From positions 412,610,001-412,674,000 of the forward strand of contig OZ024741.1 in assembly GCA_964016885.1 (NCBI GenBank): DNA of 64,000 bases. The letters run 5' to 3'. How positions within the stretch are numbered: position 1 is the first letter of the stretch; every line of letters starts with the position of its first letter. Positions 24,691 to 36,570 of the stretch are shown here, in pieces. Below the pieces are notes generated by a model. That model worked only from the letters and a program-made list of their open reading frames with translations. It was not told where the DNA came from and did not search any database. The stretch comes from Eledone cirrhosa. Its lineage: Eukaryota. The translations under genes and the position numbers were made by a program.

Positions 24691-24899
24691 GGGGGGGGGC
24701 TAGATAGATATGGACGTACACATACTATATACACATATACATATACACATACACAAGTGCATCCGGTTGGGGGCGGGAGCACTCTTGAGGTTGGTGGTGA
24801 TATGGGCTTTCATATTTTTAGCACGTGAATATGCGAGTTTCACCCTGTGTCTGTGAAAGGTAGATCTGTATTTATGCCCTATAGTGATGTGCTTGTCTA

Positions 24900-25494
24900 G
24901 TAACGCTTAGAATTTATTACCCACATTATTTCTAACTCCAAGTGAGAAGGGTGGTTTAAAGAACACTTCTTTATCCATCACACAACCTTTAGACTCTCTG
25001 ACCAACGATCGTCCACGAAGCTGGCAAGCCACGTATTGTCACTCAAGGATGCAGACGTAAAGTTCTCGACCCAATGGAAAATCCTCAGTAAATCGAGACC
25101 ATACAGAAATGGAACGAGATCCTGTAAGCTGTTCTTCAATGAAAAGTAAATATCTTACAGAAATTACATAACACTACTTGCATTAACGCGAAATCTGATG
25201 TTTTTAATCACTGCCCTCCATGCTATGAAATTTCTATTGTGTCACTGGAAGAACTTAAAATAACAAGATATTTAAACCGGATTGAACTATCACAAGGGAT
25301 CCTTCTTCAAAATTGTTCCCTCTACAATAGTTATACTCAAGTTGTCTCCCTTGTCATTCAGCTACCAACATCTGCCGCGCAGAATCCAGCTAGCTCCTAA
25401 ATATTTCCGTTCTCAGAATAACTACACAGGAGATGAAGAACACTTCCGGGGAAACGCATGTTCTCAAGTATTGTTTATTTATTTATTGTGGATG

Positions 25495-25500
<6 letters not shown>
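24900..25500 (+). pseudogene. Degenerate Penelope-like GIY-YIG C-terminus with decayed hammerhead
   Basis: WKILSKSRPYRNGTRSCKL..EK at about 25075-25146, the same motif as in ORF 47986-48471. A hammerhead-like ga-TGAAGA...GAAA-cgcatg-TT-ctc lies near 25430-25466. Confidence 0.55.
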
Positions 25501-25581
<81 letters not shown>

Positions 25582-25695
25582 TAAGAGGAATTCCAACTTT
25601 GTCTGATTTACTCGTTTTATTTACAATCCTTTAAAATATATATAATGGTATTATAATGAAATAGTATGATAGAATATTAAATTCTAAGTGTTAAT

Positions 25696-25734
25696 TGAAC
25701 AAGTACTTTCATGCTTTCGCAATCTTCAGGTTCA
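25696..25734 (-). ncRNA. Minimal type I hammerhead motif (left arm)
   Basis: Mirror image of 25812-25850. Confidence 0.85.
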
Positions 25735-25811
25735 TGATATGTGGTGACAGTCGAGTTTGCAATTTTCAACTGTCAGTTGAAAATTGCAAACTCGACTGTC
25801 ACCACATATCA

Positions 25812-25850
25812 TGAACCTGAAGATTGCGAAAGCATGAAAGTACTTGTTCA
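25812..25850 (+). ncRNA. Minimal type I hammerhead motif (right arm)
   Basis: tgaac-CTGAAGA-t-tgc-gaaa-gca-t-GAAA-gtac-TT-gttca: perfect stem I, GNRA-capped stem II, palindromic GTAC. Confidence 0.85.
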
Positions 25851-25960
25851 ATTAACACTTAGAATTTAATATTCTATCATACTATTTCATTATAATACCA
25901 TTATATATATTTTAAAGGATTGTAAATAAAACGAGTGAATCAGACAAAGTTGGAATTCCT

Positions 25961-26022
<62 letters not shown>

Positions 26023-26092
26023 CATATATATATATATGTATGTGTGTGTGTGTGTGTCTAACCCATGCTAGCGTGGAAGATAGACGTTAAAA

Positions 26093-26125
<33 letters not shown>

Positions 26126-27210
26126 ATAAAAACTAGCCGAATTATCCGTGCCTTTCTGCGTTTCACACTATTTTTTTGGTAAGAAAATGATGATTGATTT
26201 TAAATCAGTGATATAATTTATGGAGAAAAACTCTGCATTTCAATATTACTCAATGTAAAATGTAATGCATGAAAAATTGGAAAATATTATTTTTTGTAAT
26301 ATATCAAATCAAAATTACATTATTAAATCTTATTCTTATTTTGTTTCTTGTAGATAATTTTTTCAAAATATCAATCCAAAACTTGATCATTTAATTTTTG
26401 TGTAAAGCATTATTTTCAAATTAGAAATTCAAAGTTTAATTATTTATTTTTTAACATAATAAATACATGAAAATATATTTCATACTTTGTGCTAATGAAG
26501 AACTTCAGAGTAAACAACATTTCTTGTCTTTCTTTGATTAGCTAAAATATAAAGATTTTTTGAAGTTTTAGTCCTTGAAACAGCCACATAAAACATGCCA
26601 TGACTGAAACATAGGTTTGTCAGATCTATACCAATAGTTTTGAAAGTTTGACCTTGACTCTTATTGATGCTTATGGCAAAGCCTCACTGGGAACTGCAGC
26701 CTCTTAAATGTAAAAAGCAACTCGCTATCACTTGGTATAAGTGGAATCCTCGGAATGAGAAGAGCTTGACCTTTGTAAGCCCCGAATATAATGGTTGCTT
26801 CAATGAAGCCCTCATGCAATCTTGTTACAACACATTTTGTTCCATTTATTGGCCAAAGTTTTCACTATAGGTGGTTTAACCCCCATTAGGGTGTCTTAAT
26901 GTTATTGAAATTTTGCTGAAATTTTGTGAATAGGCATCATATCTTGTCATTTACCTATAGTTTAAATTTCATATAAATCGAAAGGCGAAACTTTTCAGTG
27001 GGGGGTTTCCTTTATCTTTGTCTTCTCCCTCTTATTTCAGAGAAGGTTGTGTGTGTGTGTTCCATGACTTGCATTAAAAAGACCAATGGAAAAATAATTT
27101 TCTTGGTCCGATCCGACGATTGCTTCTTTTCTTTTTTTTTTTACTATATTTATAGAAATTGTAATATGTTTCATGTTTGAATTTCTTTTTCTCTTTCGTT
27201 CTGTTTCCAG

Positions 27211-28308
27211 ATTTATAGAATGACAGCAGTAGCGTTCATCCTACTGTCCGTGATATCTTTCATCACAGCTACCCACCCTGCCTGTCGGATAGAAGGCACC
27301 CGAGATTTTCTGGGACGATTACATGGAAACAGAACCATGGGTCTGGATTTACCAGTCACGGTGCCCCACCCTGCTTTGATCATAATTGATTTGATTTGTG
27401 TGGTGTTCTTCACGTGTGAGTTGACATTCAGATTCATTTCGAGTCCAAACCGGAAAACGTTTCTCACTAGTCTCCTGAATATCGTAGATTTGACGTCGTT
27501 GCTGCCTGACTACGTTGATCTGATTGTTGGCTACACCACAGACATAGAATTGGCGACTGAGGTGATCCATTACGTCCATTTCTTAAGAATAGCTCGTGCT
27601 TTCAGGATCTTTCGCTTGATTCGTTATGTACCAGGATTATGGATTCTGTTCTACACCTTCAAAGCCAGCTTCTGTGAATTGCTTCTGATGGTCGGCTTTA
27701 TGGTAGTAGGTATGATTGTGTTTGCCACTCTCATGTTTTATACCGGAGAGAGATCATTCTCCAACATTCCTATCGGGCTGTGGTGGGCGTTAATCACCAT
27801 GACAACTGTCGGTTACGGGGATATGTACCCAGTGAGTGTCTGGGGCTATGTAGTTGGTTCGCTATGCGCTGTCACTGGTCTCTTAATGGTCGGTTTCACG
27901 GTCCCTATAATCGTGAATCATTTCATCATGTATTATACACACATGCGTTCGATGAGGGCAGCCAAGAGACGCCAGAAGATAGTTCAGGAAGAAATGAAAG
28001 AACTAAGAAATTTAATTGAAGCGAAACCAAACGGAAATAATTCAATCTCAAGAGGAGGAAAAGAAATAGCAGAAAGTTCTCCAAAGCCCAAAGCTACAGT
28101 GGCCAAAACAAAAGAAGATTTAGATCAATCAGTTCGAACCATCCTGTCAAACAGTCCACCTCCTTCTTATGAAGGTATCGCCAATAGCGACAGCCATAGA
28201 CGGTTGCGGATAGGTCTGACTCAAAGCTTAACATCCCGAAAAAATGGATGGGATGTATTAGAACTTGGCAACACTTTTCATGAAGACGAAAAGCAACATT
28301 TCATCTAA
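27211..28308 (+). CDS. Shaw/Kv3-like voltage-gated K+ channel, coding exon 2 (S1-S6, pore, C-tail)
   Basis: Polypyrimidine tract plus TTCCAG acceptor at 27210, phase 0, in frame with exon 1. S4 HFLRIARAFRIFRLIRY; Shaw-type pore IPIGLWWALITMTTVGYGDMYP; stop TAA ends at 28308. Joined product is 554 aa. Confidence 0.95.
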   Translation: MYRMTAVAFILLSVISFITATHPACRIEGTRDFLGRLHGNRTMGLDLPVTVPHPALIIIDLICVVFFTCELTFRFISSPNRKTFLTSLLNIVDLTSLLPDYVDLIVGYTTDIELATEVIHYVHFLRIARAFRIFRLIRYVPGLWILFYTFKASFCELLLMVGFMVVGMIVFATLMFYTGERSFSNIPIGLWWALITMTTVGYGDMYPVSVWGYVVGSLCAVTGLLMVGFTVPIIVNHFIMYYTHMRSMRAAKRRQKIVQEEMKELRNLIEAKPNGNNSISRGGKEIAESSPKPKATVAKTKEDLDQSVRTILSNSPPPSYEGIANSDSHRRLRIGLTQSLTSRKNGWDVLELGNTFHEDEKQHFI

Positions 28309-28370
28309 GGACAAAACATAAATGATATTCCGAGTTCTGCATTATGAGACATTTAATATCCCAGCCAATG

Positions 28371-28423
<53 letters not shown>

Positions 28424-28789
28424 TGATAATAATTGTTTTTTCTACTTTTAACACAAGGCCAAACATTTTATATATTTATTTATTTATACATATAAATAAA
28501 TAAATAAACATACACACACATCCGGATGTAATGCATGCGCAAACCAAACGCACAGCACACAACACAAAAACAAGATGGTGTAGGGCAGAACAAAGGAGAA
28601 ACACAAAATAAGAAATCAGTCACTGAGGAGGTTAAAGAATGCGTGACGAAAAGCTTTGACAATATATAAACAACCATCTGGTTATTGAACCAGCCAACCG
28701 GAAAATTTATAATAAATTGAAGTGAAAACTAAGAGGTGCGTGTGTTTTTATTAGCAGCATGACCCTCCCAAACTATAGCAATATATATA

Positions 28790-29008
28790 GGCGTATGACT
28801 GAGTGGTAGGCATTTGGATTCGCAATCGTGAGGTTGTGAGTTCGATTCCCGGACTGGGTAATGCATTGTGTCCTTGAGCAAGACACTATATTTCACGTTG
28901 CTCCTTCTATCTGGATTTGCGACCGATAGATAGTATTAGCAATTGGAAAGACCGATGGAAACATTGTTTCCTCGGTCCGATTTGACGAAAGTCGATCGAC
29001 TGTTGATA
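28790..29008 (+). mobile_element. tRNA-headed CORE-type SINE, family B
   Basis: ggcgtatgactgagtggtag...gagttcgattcc head followed by tgtgtccttgagcaagacact. Related copies at about 57680-57830(-), 58465-58617(-), 60840-60970(-). Confidence 0.8.
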
Positions 29009-29495
29009 TACTTACATACACACACACACACACACACATATATATATTTATATATATATATATAACAAAGAAAGAGTGGTAAGAAACCAAGTGGACCATA
29101 ACGTACCAGAGTACTCGATACTTAGGGCAGTAAAGTGGGTAATAGGTAAAGAGTCAGATCAACCACATGTGGAGGATGACCACAAACACTATCCCAGTGG
29201 TAATAGAGGCATTAGGATTAATACTCAAAATCCTCAGACCTGCACCTTAGCGTCCTTCCCTGCAAGATCAGCAAATATGACCTACAGAAGATCAGACTAC
29301 TAAAAACAGCACATATCCTCAGACGATTTCTCTCCCTACAATGAAAACCTCTATTGCCTTAGGTTCAAGGCCTGGACCCGGCAATAGAGAAGCCCTATTG
29401 TTAATAGTTAGTATTTTTTTCACCCTAGAGAAGCTGGTCCCTTACGATTTGAACACATATTTTTATATCTGTGTTTATCTCTCTTTTATATTCAA

Positions 29496-30447
29496 CTAGC
29501 AGTAAAGCCCGGCGTTGCTCGGGGTCGCTCAGTAGCTATATTAAAGTTACAATGTTAAGTTTCTTTCTTGGCTTAAAAACTGTAGTGTCTACTGTGCAGA
29601 CTTGCATGTGGTGTTTTTGATTAATATTCCCTCAACCAACAATATGCCTTATGAAGTTAAGAAAACATAACGATAACCCGAATGTTATAACAAAAGAGGA
29701 TGCTGGGGATAGAAACTGCACTGGTTATTTATTAACAAAGATCGAAAATGTAAACACTGCAACGCAGAGAAAAACATTAGCGTAACCAAATTATCAGTTA
29801 TGTCTGTCTGCACGCCTATATCACCTCTCTGCACGACTGTCTGTCTGCACGCCTATATCACCTCTCTGCACGACTATCTGTCTGCACGCCTATATCACCT
29901 CTCTGCACGACTGTCTGTCTGCACGCCTATATCACCTCTCTGCACGACTGTCTGTCTGCACGCGTATATCACCTCTCTGCACGACTGTCTGTCTGCACGT
30001 CTGTTGTGTCTGCACGCCTAACGACGAAATATTTGCTTGTTTTACGTAGTCTTTAAATAGACTTGTTTTCAAGTAAAAATATTGTTTTAAAATGCTTTTA
30101 AATGGAAATGAAGCAAAACGGAAGCTTAGTGTTCGAACTGATGAATTTTGCAGGTCAATATTTTGCTGGCTCGACAACTGTTAAAGCCAGCGTAATTTTT
30201 TACGTAAGACGCTCAATGTAAACAGAACAAAGGGAAATAACTGATAACTTACGCTCAAAAATCGATACATTATATTCGATTTCGTCACATAGGGTGGGTC
30301 AATTTGAAATTTTTTTTTTCCGATGTCTTCGCTAGGGCTCAACGTACAAGTATAGCAATTTCGGTGCAATTCCGTGAGAGATTCTAAGAGGAGATGTGTG
30401 CCAAAAATCGATAGACAGACAGACAACCACAGTTTTATATATAGAGA
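29496..30447 (-). mobile_element. Complete non-autonomous Helitron
   Basis: On the minus strand: A|TCTCTATATATAAAA..(TGTC)n ... hairpin CCCGAGCAACGCCGGG ... CTAG|T, i.e. TC/CTAG ends, an A|T target and no TSD. Confidence 0.85.
29801..29999 (+). repeat. 37-bp tandem repeat (about 5.4 copies) inside the Helitron
   Basis: Unit TGTCTGTCTGCACGCCTATATCACCTCTCTGCACGAC. Confidence 0.95.
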
Positions 30448-30756
30448 TTATATTACACAGCTCAGAAAAACCTCTTTCTTTGAGCTATTTAATTGTAAGA
30501 GACTATTTTGAGTTTCTAACTCAATATATATCTTTGATATATATATATGTATACATTTATACATACTCAGACACATACACATACACATGTATATATGCAT
30601 GTGTATATATATATATATACACATGCATATACCCATACACATATATATACATACATACACATACATATGTATACATATCAATAAAAGGCACACACACACA
30701 TACACATACACATACACACACTCATCCACACATATATATAAGGAGGGATATCATAC

Positions 30757-31446
30757 TCACAGAGATAGTGCTTTTCTCCATATGTGTGCAGTACCAGTTA
30801 AAACAATTTTTTGCACCTCTTGCAGAGAGGGTAAACCATGGATCATTCTCAAATACTGTTCTGTTCCTTTCTTGATCATTCCCAGTGCGCCCACAATCCC
30901 TGGTATTGTAACGGCCTTGAGGTGCCACATTTTTTCAATTTCTATGAGCAGATCTTTATATTTTCTTAACTTGTCAAATTCTTTTGCCGTGATATTCTGA
31001 TCACATGGGATGCTCATATCAATCAATAAACAGACCTTGCTGTGTTGGTCTTTTACAATGATATCTGATCTATTAAATTCGATGGTCCGCACAATATGTA
31101 CAGGAAAATCCCAAAGAATCGTTACTTTTTCTCCTTTAGTTACAGCCTCAGGGTGATGATTCTACCACTTGTCAGCAGTTTTGATATTATAATGCTGACC
31201 TATTACCCAGTGTAGGTATTAGCCAATTCTGTCATGTCTATATGTGTACTCTACAGAGGCTAAAACTTTACATCCAGAGATTAAGTGGTCCACTGTTTCA
31301 ACCTCATCATTGCAGGATCGGCATGTTGGATTTACTCCATTTCTCATCACATTGGCCTGTTAGTTTCGTGTCAGTAAGCTTGGATCTTGGGCAGCTAAGA
31401 TGAAGCTTTCGCTCTCTGCTTTTAGCCCTGAGCTACGTAGTCACTG

Positions 31447-31484
<38 letters not shown>

Positions 31485-31775
31485 CATCCTTATTATTGGA
31501 GTCTCAGTCATTGATGTTATTTAACTGGAAAGTTTGTCCAAATGAGTATCAAGCCGCTACCTGCAGCCTCAGTTGTTCAGGACGTATCGGAGGGTTCTTG
31601 CTGTTCCCAGCAAGTATGCTTTTTGAAGTGTTCCAAAAAAGGGACTGGACTAATCTTCTTTAACCATCCTTCAAAACTCTTCTAGATAGTACCTAGTGCT
31701 CCTATGACAATCAGGATGACCTTGATCTCATGACAGTCACAAATCATTTTTAACTCCCACTTTAAGGCAGGCTAC
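30757..31775 (-). pseudogene. Two R4/Dong-like 3' fragments separated by (TTA)n
   Basis: LRSSGLKAESESFILAAQD...; CLLIDMSIPCD...KYKDL...VGALG...GTAHI. The second 3' end is at 31495-31775. Confidence 0.8.
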
Positions 31776-31814
31776 ATCTACAATCAGGCTGAAGTAGAGT
31801 TTTAAAATCAAGGC

Positions 31815-31929
31815 TAGATAGTGAGGCTTGTAACTCGGGAGTTTCGCCTGTTTATCACAGGCTCATCATCTTGTCTGACGACCCTGTGAGAAACAAGCGA
31901 AACTCCAGAGTAACAAGACTCACTATTTA
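31815..31929. ncRNA. 115-bp palindrome made almost entirely of two head-to-head hammerheads
   Basis: + strand 31870-31917: cttgt-CTGACGA-..-GAAA-ctc-ca-gag-TA-acaag. - strand 31868-31827: TGATGA-gcctgt-gataa-acaggc-GAAA-ctc-cc-gag-TT-acaag. Confidence 0.8.
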
Positions 31930-33800
31930 GACAAGGCAATCAAAGAGATGAAGACGGGCAAGGCGGCTGGGCCTTCGGAAATGGTTGGTGAAATGCTGAA
32001 AGCATCTGGAACGTTGGGACACACTATGGTGTCGTACCATACAGAATGGGGTCGTACCAAAGGACTGGCGTAGCAGCATCATCATTAACTGCTACAAGGG
32101 TAAAGGAGACGCCCTAGATAGGCGAAACTATAGAGGCATTAAATTAATTGACCAGGTCAGGAAGGTCACAGAAAAAGTAATAGCGCAACTAATCAGAGAG
32201 CGAATTGATCTAGATGAAATGCAGTTCGGGTTTGTGTCAGGTAAAAGTACCACAGACACTCTTTTCGTTGTACGACAACTACAGGAGAAGTACCTAGCTA
32301 AAAGAAAACCCCTCTAATTAGCTTTTGTAGACCTGGAGAAAGCCTTTGACAGAGTCCCCCGCTCCATTATCTAGTGGGCTCTTAGAAAACTAGGTGTAGA
32401 TGAATGGCTTGTGAGAGCTATACAAGCCATGTATAAAGAAACAGTCAGCAAGGTTAAAATTAACAACGAATATAGTGAAGAGTTTAGCGTAAAAGTTGGT
32501 GTTCATCAGGGCTCCGTCCTTAGCCCCCTACTATTTATTATCGCCCTCCAAGCTATAACGGAGGAGTTCAAGACCGGCTGCCCATGGGAACTTCTATACG
32601 CAGATGATCTAACGCTCATAGCCGAATCAATGGCTGAACTAGAGAAGAAATTCCAAACATGGAAGCATGGCCTAGAATCAAAAGGCCTTAAAGTTAACTT
32701 GTCTAAGACTAAAGTCCTAATATGTAGAAAGGAGAATAGGGCACTGGTCCCATCTGGGAAATGACCATGCTCAGTGACTAGGAAAGGAGTAGGCAGAAAC
32801 TCCATTTTATGTCCCAAATGCAAAGTATGGGTGCATAAAAGATGTAGTGGGATCTCAGGTAAGCTAACTAAGAATATATATGTGGCCGGTGCTCTGGTGC
32901 AATAAGTAGCAGCAAATGCCCACAGAATACTAGCTCATTCCATTACCCAGATGGTTCTATAGAAATAGTGAACACCTTCCATTACCTGGGTGACAAAATC
33001 AGCAGTGGTAGAGGGTGCTCCGAAAGTACAGTAGCTAGAGTCCGAACGGGATGGAAAAAGTTCAGAGAGCTTATACCACTATTGGCCGCTAAAGGTTTCT
33101 CTCTAAAAATAAAAGGCAGGCTGTATGATGCCTGCATACGAACAGCGATATTACATGGCAGTGAGACATGGGCCTTGTGTGCAGAGGATCTACGCAGACT
33201 GGAGAGGAACGAAGCTTGCATGCTCCGTTGGATGTGTAATAGTAATATACGCGAACGGCAAAGCATAAATGAACTAAGTGAGAAATTAGGAATAAGAGGG
33301 ATCAGATGCTGTTTACTCGAGAGAAGACTACGTTGGTATGGTCACGTAATGCGCATGAAAGATGACAGCTGTATAAAAAAGTGCAGGGTGATCAAAATAG
33401 ACGGTAACTACGGAGTAGGCAGACCCTGAAAAACCTGGGACGACTTGATAAAATCGGACTCATACACTTACACTTCTCCAAGACAATGTCACTGGACCGA
33501 GATCTTTGGCGCTATAGAATAATACAGAAGACCCGCCTTGCCTAAGTACAAAGCGAAACCTACAGTCAGTAGGCACCTCTTAACCAAAATAAACCCCGTC
33601 CCACTAACCCTACCCACCCCGCCATCTACACCACCCCTTTCGATGTAAATCTATGTTGGTACCACAACATCCAGGCCGAAATAAAAGAGGTCGTGTAGGT
33701 GTCACGACAAAAACACACACAGTCCACGCTGTAATGTGGCCGTGTAGGTAACACGGTAAAAACCTCCCAGTCCACACTGTAAACATCGTTGTCCATACCA
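31930..33800 (+). pseudogene. RTE-clade LINE, 5'-truncated
   Basis: YKGKGDAL..NYRGIKL; FVDLEKAFDRVP; GVHQGSVLSPLLF; LLYADDL; LHGSETW; RRLRWYGHV; in-frame stops. Confidence 0.9.
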
Positions 33801-33864
33801 ACGCAGTCTTCTCTCCTGCACACTACAACTTATCCCTCTTATCTACAGTTTCTCTCTAAACTCA

Positions 33865-36570
33865 TCTATGCTTGGTCATTCACACACATTGACATTGCTC
33901 ATTAAATGGAGCATACTTGCTTCATTGCTCTCCAGCCGTCGCATATCCTCTGCAGTTGCTGCCCATGGCTCACTACCATGCAGCATCGCGCATGTCACAC
34001 AGGCATCATATAACCGGCCTTTCATTCATAGAGAGAAACCCTTCTTTGTCAACAGAGGAAGCAGCTCCCTAAACTTTGTCCATCCTGTCCTTATTCTAAT
34101 TACTATGGCCTCGGAGCATCCTCCTCCCTTGCTAATTTGATCACCTAAATATTGGAAGCTATCAACAACCTCTATAGATCCTACCTGCATTTGAAAAATG
34201 TGTCTATCACTGCAACTTCTACTATCAAATTTCCATGAACATCTACTGCATATGTAGTTTTCCCTACCTGTTAGTTTGCCTGCTATCCCACTACATCTCT
34301 TGTGCACCCAAGATCTGCATTGTGTACATTTTATTGAATTTATACCAACTCATTTTCTACATATCGAACATGGCCATTTCCCTGATGGAATCAGACTTTT
34401 GTCCTCTTTTCTACTTATTAACACTTTAGTCTTAGCTAAGTTCACTCTCAGTCCTCTTGATTCGAACTGCTGTTTCCATAGCCAGAATTTATTCTCTAGC
34501 TCCTCTACTGATTCTGTCATAAGTACCAGATCGTCAGCATAGAGAAGTTCCCATGAGCAGCTAGTCTTAAACTCTTATGTTATGGCTTGGAGATCTATAA
34601 TAAATAAAAGCGGGCTAAAGACCGAACCCTGATGCACTCTTACTTGTATCTGGAATTCCTCACTAAACTCCATTCCTACTTTCACTTTACTGACAGCACC
34701 CCTGTACATAGCTTGCACTATCCTCCCAAGCCATTCCTCTATACCTAGTTTCCTTAGGCACCAAAGGCCTTCTCTAGGTCAACAACAGCTAAGTATAGTG
34801 GCTTATTCTTCTCTAAAAATCTCTTGTAATTGTCTCACTAAGAAGAGGGCATCTGTTGTACTTGTCCCAGGCATAAAACCAAACTGCATCTGATCTAATT
34901 TGATCCTTTCTCTAATTAGTTGCGCTACTATTCTTTCTGCCACTTTCATAACCTGATCCATCAGTTTTATGCCCCGATAATTGCTCCTCTCCAGAGCATC
35001 CCCTTTACCTTTGTAGCAATTTATAAGAATACTGCTGCACCAGTCTTTGGCTATGACACCGCCATATATAGCCTGATTGATGATGCGTGTAACCAGTTTA
35101 GTGCCTACTTCTCCTGATGCCTTCAGCATCTCAGTAACTATCCCTGACGGTCCAGCAGTCTTACCACTTTTCATTTACTTAACTGCATCTTTGACCCTAT
35201 AGTTGTCAATCTCAATAGGTGGTCTCTCTGTCGGGTCTACTGGGGGTAGTTTCTCTCTCTCTCCCATTTGTTCTCAACATTCATCAGTCTCTCATAATGA
35301 CATTTCCAGGCCTCCTTTTTCTGATCATTCGTGACACTAAGTACACTGGCATAATTTCGGACACACTTATCTCCAACAACATCCTGATTTACAATGACAC
35401 ACTGCCTCGCAATGCGGTACACTGCACATCCCTGATCTTCTCGTCGCAGAACATTGGGAAACCTCCTACTCTCGGCTTCCCTGTGTGCTAAGTATACCTG
35501 ACATCTAGCTTCTCTTTTAACGGCTGTGTATCGGTCTCTACTGCCACCATTTTTCCAAGCCTTCCATGCTAGTCTTTTGTCTTTAATGGCACTATCTACT
35601 GTGCTGTTCCACCACCAGGTCACCCTTTGTCTGGTTGGAGCTCTGCTCCAGCCACTAGTTTCTTCCGTAGTTGTCACGTAAGAAATTCCAGTTATCATCT
35701 ATGTCATCCGATTCTAACTCGTCTTCTTTTTCATCATACACACTTTGAAGGGCTTTCCTAAATTTATATTTTAGTGAAAGGTCCTTTAGCTTCCAGACCT
35801 TCTTTTTATACACCTTCCTGTGTGTCTCATTTTGTCTCTTGCTTGCTTATTGAGATGTCACTAACGACTAACCTATGTTGGGGTGGGGGGCATTCTTCCC
35901 CTGGGTATTCCTTAGTATTTGACACCGTCTGCCTCGTTGCCTAACTAGCAAGAAGTCAATCTGGTTTATGAGCTCGCCTGATTGGTAGGTTATTAGGTGG
36001 TTGGTAGGTTTGTTGAAGTTAGTGTTACAAATGGTTAGTTCACTTGCATCACAAAATTCAAGAAGCCTCACTCCTTCTTCGTTTCTTGAGCCGTAACCGT
36101 GCCCACCATGTACCCCAGTGTATCCATCCTGGAGCTGTCCAACATGACCATTGAAGTCCTCTGCTAGCATAACGATGTCTCTGTCCTCTGTCATTGTGGC
36201 TGTCTGTAAAAGTTGCTCGTAAAAGCAGTCTTTCTCATCTTTACCTAGGCCTGCCTGGGGAGCATAGGCAGAGATGATTGATTGTCAGCTGTCTCTTGCC
36301 TACATCTAATCTAATCTTAATTATTCTATTACTGATTCTAACTACTTTTATTGTCTTATTGATCCACCTTTCGGCCAGTAAAATGCCTACCCCACCTAAC
36401 CCATCATCATTTCCTACCCAGAAAAGCTTATAGCTAAGATGTTTGCCTGCGATTAGTCTTGCTGAGGCACCTCTCCATCTCATCACTTGCATGCAGCACA
36501 TATCCATATGTCTTCTCTCTAGCATCTCCACTATCTCACCATATCTACCTATTAGAGTGCCAACATTGTG
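33865..36570 (-). pseudogene. RTE-clade LINE with APE endonuclease and RT, 3'-truncated
   Basis: NVGTL.GR..EIVEML...Q..RWRG; DFNGHVG; QIDFLL; WWWN; NYRGIKL; LLYADDL; many disablements. Confidence 0.9.

Larger units (their letters stand above)
25581..25965. repeat. Near-perfect 385-bp palindrome in the Kv intron, inserted in (TA)n
   Basis: 192-bp arms with a 1-nt spacer at 25773; only one mismatch was noticed. Confidence 0.95.

Noticed and set aside
28790-28860. tRNA gene
   Set aside because: A/B boxes are present but run into a CORE-type SINE body with several dispersed copies.
29801-29999. 37-bp repeats as a CRISPR array
   Set aside because: No spacers, and the array lies inside a Helitron.
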